Source of the DNA: Nymphaea colorata | Lineage: Eukaryota | NCBI RefSeq assembly: GCF_008831285.2 | Contig: NC_045138.2 | Span: 36,208,001 to 36,272,000, forward strand | Reading direction: 5' to 3' | Length of the DNA: 64,000 nt | Part shown: positions 1 to 13,700 of the stretch, piece by piece | Layout of the letters: each line of letters begins with the position of its first letter | Position numbering within the stretch: position 1 is the stretch's first letter | The notes under the pieces: model-generated | The model's database searches: none | What the model was told of the DNA's origin: nothing | What the model saw: only the letters and a program-made list of their open reading frames with translations | Position numbers and translations under genes: made by a program

Positions 1-253
1 CATGTGTGTTTTTGTGTTGGCTCTCTTCTGTTGGTTGGTTTCTGTGACTAAGCATATCAAAGGGGGTGGACATATAATTTTATAACGAACTTTCACTGAA
101 TCTCTTCGGATATATGATGACTTCATGACCATTCTACCAAATGGTCTTCTGTCATTCAAAGTTTCACAGCATATTTCGTTTTATTTTCCAATATCATATT
201 TTGTTCTATTTATGAAAACATATTTCATGATTTCATCTCAACTTCGATTGCAG

Positions 254-3171
<2,918 letters not shown>

Positions 3172-3624
3172 GGTGACGAAAAGCGGGCGACATCCTTACC
3201 CTCTCTCCCGCAAAAGATGAGCTCATGCTGCAGTTGCGCGAGAATCAGGCCGGGCGTTTGTTATGCAACGGGCCAGACGAGTTAGTTTCCTGGAAGCCCC
3301 CTCTCAGAGCCACAGGTTTCACTATTCATGTACGTGAAGATTTTGCGTCACGTCCCGGTCGCTTGATTATTGCGTCGTGGTACTCGTTTCCGTTGTAGCT
3401 TTCCAAGAGAGATTCTGCACGGTTTATGCCTTATTAAACAAATCAAGCCTCTTCCTACCACGTCTTGCTTCCTTTAACCGCTTCAACACGGCATTTCCAA
3501 GCAAGGAACATCGAGTGGCACTAGAACCGCGACTAAATAGACAGAGCGCCTTACCAGTGATAAAAGAAAAAGAAGAAAACCAAAAAGAAAATGAAGGAAA
3601 GTAGATCATCGCAACGTAAACAAC

Positions 3625-4050
3625 TTGGAACGAAACACTTCGCATAGAATTCATGATCCAAAACTTTTCAGAAGCCCAATATCAGAATTCTCTACAGTTA
3701 ACACCACAGGAATGAGCAGCATTCTAAAGGAAGAGGGCGCAACAGAGGATAAAAAACTTCATTTCGTTCTCAGGGTTCCCAAGGTTCCAGAAAAGCACTC
3801 AAGCTTTAGCTTTATCAGTAGCCGACGAAACAGGTTCTTGGAACGAAACACTTCGCATAGAATTCATGATCCAAAACTTTTCAGAAGCCCAATATCAGAA
3901 TTCTCTACAGTTAACACCACAGGAATGAGCAGCATTCTAAAGGAAGAGGGCGCAACAGAGGATAAAAAACTTCATTTCGTTCTCAGGGTTCCCAAGGTTC
4001 CAGAAAAGCACTCAAGCTTTAGCTTCATCAGTAGCCGACGAAACAGGTTC
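3625..4050. repeat. 213-bp near-perfect tandem duplication over the p23 stop codon and 3' UTR
   Basis: Units 3625-3837 and 3838-4050. I see one mismatch (T3813 vs C4026). Confidence 0.95.
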
Positions 4051-6468
4051 CTCCTTCGTCTCCTCTTCTTCCCCTTCGTTTTCTTCTGCAAAGCCCAAAT
4101 ACCATCATCAAATTAAAACCGTCTCTAAATTCAAAAACTGCAGACCATCTTCCACCAGATGCATCAATAAAGGGCCATCAAAATAAAAAGCCGACAACCC
4201 CTTCTCACTGCAAAGAGGCACAGGTGATAGAACCTGCCCAATTTTCAACAATGGTGCTATACATTCTTGATGATGGAAGTTATGGGCAAGCAGGTACCTT
4301 CATCATCCTTAGGCAGATCCATATCGAAATCGTCACCACCCATGGCCAGCTTCTGCAGTACAAAGATTGGTAATAAGAAGACTAACTTCTTGAAATGCAA
4401 CTATAAAATAAATATTTAACAGACACTTAAAGCTGGTAAAAGGATAATCTCCTCCAATCTCTCTTTTATCTTCTGTTTACACCTCCTAGTTGTTCCTTGT
4501 ACATGAATATAGAACATACCGAGAAATCCATGTCGCCAAAGTCCATATCTGCTCCACCTGAAAGATAGCAAAAACAATCCAAGAAATAGACATCAGAAAC
4601 CAGTTTCTGATTAAATAATTAACCAAGATAATTAAATGTCCAACAAAAGCCATACCCTTCTCATCATCTTCGTCCACCCACTTGTCCCAATCCACTTTCA
4701 GGAATGCAGGTGGTTTGCCTTCCTGCTTTACTAGCCTGCTCCACCATTTCTTCTCAGCCTTCTGTATCACATAGATGATGCTCCTCACACCAACATTCGC
4801 TTTGCTTTGCTGGAATAGTTCAAGAAGCTCATCAGTACACAAATCTGGAAAAGAAACACCAATAAATGTGCAACCATGTAAAGAAGCGACCAGTAACATT
4901 AATATTAGCTTGTGACTGTCTGATCTATACCTCAACGTCAATTTTGTCAAACAACTCAAGATCAACTTCATAGGCGACATTATCCCTAGTCGCATTAAAC
5001 AAAAACTTTCCTTCCGCTTCAAGTTTGTGCTTCACATCCTTTGCATCAGGCAACTCAACGGTGATGTAAACCTTATCAGATCGTTGTGCCCACTTCACTG
5101 AAGGGTGACGACTGCAAATAAAATGTTCTAGCAGCTATTAGCCAAAAAGCAACACATGTTCGATCAAAATTTCATTCCTCACTGAATAGTGAATACCCAT
5201 GGATACAATTTAATGACTTGCAGCATATAACTATGCATCTGGGCATCACTAATATCCCCTTGCACATGGCACAGAATGGTAACTGAATCAACATTCATTA
5301 TACCATTCCGACACTCCATTCTTGTGTGTGTGTGTGTGTATATATATCAGCAAGAGAGAGAGAGAGATGCTGCTTCCAGCTACTTGAACATTGACTAATG
5401 ACCACAAAATTACACAACAAATAAAAGAGAATGCTCAAGACAGCCCTTGATGGCATACCATCACTACCCATTCAGGACCTTTCCTCACTATCGATGCATG
5501 GTGTAAAATAAACATGCTTGTACCCTGATATGGAACCAAACGTGGCCGTTCCTGAAAAAGAACCTCCCGAAGGTAAAGGCAAAAAGACAGAAACGGACAG
5601 GAGGGTGACGCCTTATCAAAAAAACCTTGATGGAGAATCTTGAACCGTTCAAGGACAAAAGAGGGGGCGGGGGGGGGGGGGGGGGGGGGAATGGAGAAGC
5701 GGGAACACAAGGAAAAGGACCAGTCCAAAAGGAACAGAAAATAAAGTGAGCTACACAAAAGGGAAAAGGTAGAAAGGGAAAAATACAACTCCAACTCCAG
5801 ACCGTCGAGAAACACAACCGCAGAACATTTTGACCATAAACGACGGATTGATATTGGAAGAGACCTACCATAAAATCATTCAAAAAGATCGAAGGAACAA
5901 ACAGGTGAGACCAAAATCCACATTCTGAGAGAGTTGGGAGAGAAAAAAGAGAACACTTAAGAAACCCAAAAGCAAGCAAGAACATCAATAATGAACTCAC
6001 TGTGACAACTAACAAGTACAAAGCATGGAAGAAATAAGCACGAAGGACAACAATAAAACGACAAGAAAACAAAAAAGAGAGAAGTAGAATCAACTTCCCA
6101 ACCACAAATAACCTCCCCAGAAACATATCAATTCAGTAGAAACTCATTTAACAAATCACTTATTAAGATAATGAATCTGAACACCAAGTCCCACCTCCCA
6201 AATCTGATAGAGCAATCACTACACGTGGGGAGAACCAAAACGAGAACTACAGTACTCACCTTAGGAGAAAGAAAACTAAAAAACAAGACAAATTAAGAAC
6301 ACCAAAACCACAAAACCTCGGAAGAGAGACTTGACAGGAAGAGCAGTCCATACATGTTGATCCAAAGCAGAAACAATTTTAGGAAGGTAAGCAGTGCAGA
6401 ATAACGATGCAAAGCGGGCTGTCATGCAGAAAATAAACCAAATGGGCAGTCGGGAAGGCGTACCTCAT
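4012..6468 (-). CDS. p23: Hsp90 co-chaperone p23/SBA1-like (CS domain plus acidic tail)
   Basis: Exons 6468-6464, 5111-4931, 4809-4656, 4557-4520, 4352-4298 and 4085-4012 give MSRHPSVKWAQRSDKVYITVELPDAKD...WWSRLVKQEGKPPAFLKVDWDKWVDEDDE...MDFGDMDFSKL...EAKA*. Confidence 0.93.
5662..5689 (+). repeat. Poly-G tract in p23 intron 1
   Basis: About 20 consecutive G, preceded by GGGGGC. Confidence 0.85.
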
Positions 6469-6560
6469 TTCCAAAAGCAACTGCGTAAAAGTCAGAGATA
6501 GAGAGAGAGAGCCAGGGAGTCGTGAAACAAAGAATGCGGCGAACTTGCCCGAAGGGCCCT

Positions 6561-6612
6561 TTTATTATAAAGCGGTAGAAGTGTACAAGAAAAGACCCGA
6601 AGGTTCCAGAAC
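6561..6612 (-). promoter_or_regulatory. p23 core promoter: TATA box and heat-shock element
   Basis: TTATAATAAA on the minus strand at 6570-6561. Perfect HSE cGAAggTTCcaGAAc at 6598-6612, extended in phase by TAC/GAA/GAC units back to 6584. Confidence 0.85.
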
Positions 6613-7215
6613 AGGAGAGCGTCGCGGACCAGAAGACGGCCATTTCTAGGACGAGAGTGACCCGTCCCCAGGCTGACGATGGGGAGAGGGGGCTTAGGAG
6701 GTAGAGACGGAGACCATAACCGGATAGCCGCACCGCATCGGGCCATCGGCCATTCCACTTGGGGTGAAAAGACCGTTCCACTTGGGGTCAAAAGAAGATT
6801 TCGGATTTCGGATACAGATACACGAACCCGTTAGGTTTGGTAAAAAAAAAGGGGTTTAGTCCGAGTAAATGAGCCGAACCGAGCTGATAATACTAAGTAA
6901 AACGGGGAAGCGGACTGAACCAGGCTTTGATCGGGTTGGACCAGTCCTATGCCAATTCTTACCCACAATTCAGAAACCGAAAGAAGTCGGACCACGTTTG
7001 ACTCGATTATGCAGACAAGGCCGAGCTCGTCTATTATAGTAAAGATAGTACGCAAGTACCGATTGGTATCAGAAAAATAATATCTCATGAAGATGGAATG
7101 GATCACACACGAACTAGATAGCACTTTTGAGTGAAAATAAATCAAATCCCATTGAAGCAGGTTGAATTTGAACCATGAAAGATTAGTAGTGCTAAATTTT
7201 TCATTCTAAAAATTA

Positions 7216-8907
7216 GGGCACGTTTAATTGTCGGGTGAAATTTAATGGTAAATTTACCATAGTAAATTTTTCTAAAAAAATTTACACGATGAAATTTCTC
7301 CCTCTTTCAATCTGAGGTCTTGTTTGATACACATGAAGAATTTAACGTAGTAAATTTAACCATGTTTGATGCATACAAAAAAATTAACATGATAAATGTT
7401 GTTTTTTTTGTGTCTTCTCCTCTCCAAATTTGACATGCGAAGAAATTAGAAGATGATCTTCCAAACAACAAAATAATTAAGATGTATTCCCTACCATCCA
7501 AAAAACAACAAGGGCAAAATGTTGAGGGTGTATCACCACTAAAGGCATCACCAGTTTACCCTCAGTACTATCAAACACATTACTAAAACCCTCCACTAAC
7601 ACATTACTAAAACCCTCCACTAGAGGATATGCATTTTGTTGTGTTTGAGGAAAATGTTTTGTTTCTCAAGAGTTGCATCATATAGAGATTGTGTTTCTAA
7701 TTATGAGCTAAACCCAAGTGAGATTTCCTGAAATATTTCCATCATTTTACAGGAGCTGAAGTTCTAAATTCATACCTATGGATCTTCGTGTTGTACTGAT
7801 TAGAGCATTGTGCATGCCTATTCAGTGCTTTTCCAATACGATGTTCATCTAGTAGAGTAGAATGATCCTACAAGCAGCTTCTGTATTTTTCTGTTTATAC
7901 TCTCTCTCTGTCGCTTTATACAAATAGGTGCAGCAGTAAAACCATATGTAAGACTTGATATGAATTTGATGGTCATTCAATAAAATGGAGAAAAACAGAA
8001 AAATTTTTGCTTCAACCAAAAGTGATAACTTTTTGAACATACATTCGAAAGTGAATATTTTGTGCATTTTTGAAACGATATTGATGGTACAAGTTTTTCA
8101 TCAATACCGAACACCTTCTGATGAAACAACAGTAAGAAGCTCAAAATAATCAAGTAGACTACCATACATCTTGCTGGCATGGAACATTTACCACTTCCCC
8201 AAATCCCCAAATCGGAACTCCAAAACGGAACTAAAATTGAACAAGAGAGGTGAAGAGAGAAAGAAGATGAACAAGAGAGGAGACGAGGGAGCAAAGGAAC
8301 TGTCCATGAAAACATACAATGGTTCACGCAAGATATCTCAAAAAACAAATAATCAATGTGCTAAAGCTAGGACAGAGATCAAGTTCAATTGTTCACACAA
8401 TATAACTAACGTCAAAAATCAACACCGGCATTCCGAAATTGAGGGAAGAGCAAATGCAATCTTCTGTTTACCATATAACTAACAAAAATATTCAAGACAA
8501 AATGGAAGAAATCCTTCCACAAATATGGGTGTTAAGGAAGTCGGGGGTGACGGGCAAGCGCCGAAGATCCGGCGATTGAGGAAGACTGAGGAAGGGGTAA
8601 TGGGAGTTACCGAACGGAGGGGGGGAGAAATTTGTTCTCTTAGCGTGCCGGGAGAATCTCCGTCCGCCGCCGAGATGGAGTTGAGGATCGCCATGGTTGG
8701 GATGGGGAAACTGTGACGGTGAGAAGGCAGAATGCGAGGGAGGAGGAGAAGCAAGAGGGAAGAGGAAAGGTGCGACGGACTACGAGCCTTCCCTTTCGAG
8801 CGGGTGAAATTTCACCCGCTCTTTTTTGCGTTAAACGGGTGAAGTTTCACCCCCTTTGATGCGTTTTCAATCACCCACCATATTTCACCCAACAATCAAA
8901 CGGGCCC
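7216..8907. mobile_element. Non-autonomous PIF/Harbinger (Tourist-type) DNA transposon, ~1.7 kb
   Basis: Left TIR GGGCACGTTTAATTGTCGGGTGAAAT. Right TIR, reverse-complemented, GGGCCCGTTTGATTGTTGGGTGAAAT. TTA target-site duplication at 7213-7215 and 8908-8910. No transposase ORF. Internal 24-bp tandem near 7575-7622. Confidence 0.88.
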
Positions 8908-10705
8908 TTAATGCACACACAAAATTTAGAGAATAAGTACAAACACAGCTAAGCTCCAAATATTGTTAAACTAAAAATTAATTTTGCTTATGATGAATTC
9001 AACAGGCCCATGAGTTTTCCTTTTCTAAGAAAATATGAGCAAGATAACAAGGTTAAAAATACTTAGCTCGTATTAATATGGTTAACTGTGCATAATGCTA
9101 TCGAATACAATCAAAGAGCGTCGGGGAGTTTGATGATTTCAACAAGATTCTGATCCTAAACTAAGAAACAATTTGCTATCAAATTTGAAAAGATCCAAAA
9201 TTCGGGCCTCACCACAGAGATCCATTCCCAAGTGATATGTTAAATTTAGGTGAGATGTTCGGAGCATTGGCTCCGCTTGGTCCTCGCTGAAATACAGTCA
9301 GATGAATGACACTTTGAAGATTCAATCATAAGTCATAACCCAAAAAAACATAAATACGGCCAAAGACTACAGCACCAACAAAATCACTAGTTCCTAAGAA
9401 GACAGAAACCAGATGAAGCCGCTATACGACTGACGATCTTAATGTGAACCGTCGTGGGGAGTCCTCAACGGTGTTTGAGGTCAAGAAGGTTACTCACCGG
9501 GTAACCTCATCCTCTCTGAAAAAGATGAAAAAAAGCTTAAAAAGAAGAGGTATTTTCATTCCACAAGCAAGCGGAGAGCCATGATAACATTAAGTGACAA
9601 ATGTAAAATGGCAAACAGAACTGGAAACGATTTAATGAACATAAGAACAATTTTACCTCTCTCTGCCCACTCATGTCGTCCAAGTGGTTAGGGTGGGTCC
9701 AGAACCCCATCTTAGCCAGGATTGGTTACAGATGGCTTGCCTTGTAAGTGTTCTTTGAAGGCCATGGGGATTAGGTTACAAACAGATCGGATCTGGTATC
9801 TGGATTTCGTTTTGTTACAAACACACACACACAGAGATAGAGATCTCAATTATGGGAAGTCAATGTTTGATCATGGCCTGTATCTTGAACAAGGAATGGT
9901 CTATTTTATTTGTTTATTTTTTCCTTTAGGGACAGCCTAAACACGTAGCCTCTGCCTCACAGTTTGACAACATAGCTTTAGCTCTGCAGGTGCAGATAAA
10001 CATGATTTCATCAATAAAACATAATGATTTGTGTTTAACTATATGATATAAGAAATATGCTCAGCGTAGACAAAAAAGAAAAATAGGAACTATTGTGCAA
10101 CAAGATCATAGGGAGAGCATCTAGATGAGTATGGAGAACAAGAATTCAGTTTAACATGCATTATAAAACAGTAAACGAACTGCTAAAGTAACATTGATTC
10201 ATGTTATCAAAAAAAAAAAAAAAAATAGTAATTCACGTTAAGCATGTCAAACATAATTTATGTTACCAGTTAATATAGAAGTAACCAACCATGAATTACA
10301 GCAATATGTACATACTAGTAGAAGTATTGATGTGAATGCAGAAAAAATGAAAACAAGGTGAATTACTCACCAAAATCTTACCCCATTCCCATAAAAGAGC
10401 ACTGTTCTGATAACTGTGAAAATGACGTCCTTTTGCAAAACCGCACTCAAGTGTCAAGTTCTTCCCTTTTCAGGTGTTTGAGCAAAAAAAGCCCCAGTTG
10501 TTGGAAGAAATAGAGGCACCACTAGGAGAAGTATTTCTTTGTGATACAGATGCTACTTTGAGTCCTAATCCAGCCCAATAAGTGTTCGAGATAGCCAAGA
10601 AATAGACCTCATTTAACACTCGTATATGGCTCAGTATATTTACATGCATTTCATGTAAAAAAATAGGAATCACCTACTTCACGCATTTTCCTGAAAATTG
10701 ACAGC

Positions 10706-13700
10706 TCATTCATCAGGCTTTCTGAAGGAGCTTCTGAGTTCATGGATAAGCATTTCATAATATGACTGCAGGCCCACAGAGCCTCTTGTGTCATTAATTA
10801 GTTGCTCACAGTCCTTCAAGAGAGATAACATCTTTTGTTGATAAAGACCACTCTCTTTTCTTAATGAATGATTACAGAGCAAGGTTAAGGGGCTCATAAT
10901 GCTTTCTGCCGGTAAACAGGATTGGCCGTCCACTGAGAATGTTACTTTCGAAGATTTAGGTTGACCCTTCTCGCCTGGTTGATTGAGCTTCCTGAGACAT
11001 GATTTGACATTGGAAATCGGCCATAATCGTGCCCTGTTGGTATAATCATAATCTTTTAGTTGTTGCTCGTCTATATATAGACTTTGATCATCATTTCCAC
11101 TTTCCCCGCTTTTAGGCTTTCCAACAATATCAGTGCAGTTGTATCCCTGCACTCTATGTGTTGATTTTGCAGGCCTACTGACCCAGAATTTAATATTGGC
11201 CTGACCAAACAAGACCTTCTCTCTCGCAAACTTGAAAGCAGCCTCAGCATCAGCATGTCTTTGAAAACATACTTGGCCTGAACCTGTATAAAAGAAAACT
11301 CTGGTTTTTAAACAATCTATTGGCCCAAATTTCCCAAATGTCTTCATCAACTGGTCTTGAGAAGGAAGCTCAAAATTCTTTGGAAATTTCATGTGCAGAT
11401 ATGAACCAACTTCATGACTTTCAGGAGAAATAAAGAACCTCCTAATTTTCGTGCATTCAGTTGGACTCCTTGCTGGTAACTGCACATCGTCAACACTTCT
11501 GCTCAATCCACCTCTTGTCAAAGGACTTGCATACCAATTACTTAGTAAGACCGCACCACAAGGCTTTCTAAGCTTGTGTAGTGAATTAGCAGCAGGGATT
11601 TCATCTGATTTTCTCTTTCGGGGAAAGCTGTTCCCAAAGCATTTTGACAAATCAGTGTGAGATGTGGTCTCACTGAACATACTCACATTCTGTGCACAAC
11701 CAGAACCATTAGTTTGAGGAATTGCATAAGTGGCTGTACTTGAGAAGCATTGGTTTTTCGACTTGGTGTCATTTTCTGGAGCTACATTTTTTTCTTTCTG
11801 GCTGTCATCTGGAACTCCATCCATAATAGCACGACTATTAGGCCAAGTTTCTGATAGTGAATGAGAGACCAATCGCTCATGATTGTTGCTCATTCCGTGC
11901 CTATATTCTGCAGCACTGGAGCCATAGATTTTCTCATACGAAGCTACTCTGTACCTCAAGAACGCACGCTTTGCAGAAGTTGAATGTTCTCCACCAAAAA
12001 ATGGATCACATGCAAGGCAACGGAGGAATAAATACATTTCACCAAGCAGTGTTTTCACGCTGGAACTGCAAAACTGCCCTTGAGCAATTGATAATGAGTT
12101 ACAAAGCTCGGTGGCATAATCAAGATCATGTTGATCAGTTGCCATTTGTATTGGCAATCCACCATCTGAATTTGCACCTCTATTGTCTGTGGTCAAGCTG
12201 ACATTTGGAATTCTATCTGTAGCAGCACTCTGGCTGTCGCCTGGCATAGCTGTAGCAGAAATGTAGTTGGTACAACTTTTTGTCAATAATGATCCAGAGT
12301 CTGCGTGTTCAAGGCTTTTGCACAAGCCAGGCCTAAGCTTATTAACTGCAGGGAATGCTTTATTGCTCTCTCGCTCAAAAATTCGGCTTAAAATTGCATC
12401 ATCAGGAACAGCAGAACAAGGAAAAATTTTGACTGTGTCTCTTTCATGAGGAACTGCACCAACTTCAAAAGTATCTTTCTTAGCATGACAATCACTAGTG
12501 GTACCATTTCCTCGTTCTGTAACAGATGGAAGAACTATGCTGTTCTCTCTAGTTGAATTTTCACTTGATTTTAAATGCCGATTCAAGATGCCATCTGAGA
12601 ATTTTAGATTAGTAATATTGAGAAAAGTTACAGCTCTGTACCTCAAGAATGCTTTTGATACAAAAGCCGCACAGACTGTCCCAGAGAAAGGGTCCAGTGC
12701 GAGGCACCGTAAATGTGCCAATGTGTCAAGTAGAGATGGCATTTTATTGTTGACAGAGTTGCATTCCCAGGAAGGTAAGGTGCTGATATGCTGACGAGAT
12801 CTGCTTAAAATATCACTGTCAGGTACATTGGAAAAGGAGGATCTTACCGCCCTATATCTTAATAATGTTTTGCACACAAAAGCCGCATTCTCTGGATCAT
12901 AAAAAGGGTCCAATGCAAGGCAATGCAAATGGGTCAATGCCTCACACAGAGATGGCATGTTGGCCTCAAAAGAAAGGTTGCCATGAACGTTTAATATAAC
13001 TTTATTAACTGCATTGAATGCTGTACCGGTCTCTTGCTCAGAAGTTCTGCTTAGCATTGCATCATCAAGGACAGAAGAACTGCAGACACCTTTGACTTTG
13101 TCTCTTTCATAAGGAATTGCACCAACTCCAAAAACATCTTTCTTAGCATGACAATTACTAATGGTACCATTTCTTTGTTCCATAACAGATGGAAGAGCTG
13201 TGCTGGCCTCTCTAGTTGCGTTTTTGCCAGATCTAAAATGGCGATTCAAGGTGCCCTCTGAGAACTTCAGATTAGCAATATTGAGAAAAGTTACAGCTCT
13301 GTACCTTAAGAACGCTTTGGATACAAAAGCCACACAGGCTGCCCCAGAGAAAGGGTCCAGTGCAAGGCACCGTAAATGTGTCAGTGTGTCAAGTAGAGAT
13401 GGCATCTTGGTGCCAACAGAGCTGAATTCCTCGGATGCCATGGTGGTCATACACTGACAAGGTCTGCTTAACATGTCACTGTTAGGAACACTGGGAAAGG
13501 AAGAATATTTGAGGTTTTCTCTTCCACCGAGAGTGCTACTTATCTCAAAACTATCCTTCTTAAAAGCATGTAAAATGGTGGCATAGTTTCCAGGTTCTGC
13601 AACATATGAAGGGGATACAGAAATCTTTGGCTCTGTGCTGTTGCTACATTCACAATGACGGTCCAAGGTGACTTCTAAACATTTTAGATTGGGAATGTTC

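Noticed and set aside
3625..4116. 163-aa plus-strand ORF with an internal repeat
   Set aside because: TTG start, antisense to the p23 3' end, and a by-product of the 213-bp (multiple of 3) duplication.
5435..6126. 126-aa and 212-aa hydrophobic, polyproline ORFs
   Set aside because: They lie in U-rich p23 intron 1, start at non-ATG or weak starts, and the proline run comes from the poly-C tract.
9672..9700. tRNA D-arm-like gtcgtccaagtggttagg
   Set aside because: No T-arm or B box and no acceptor stem follow.
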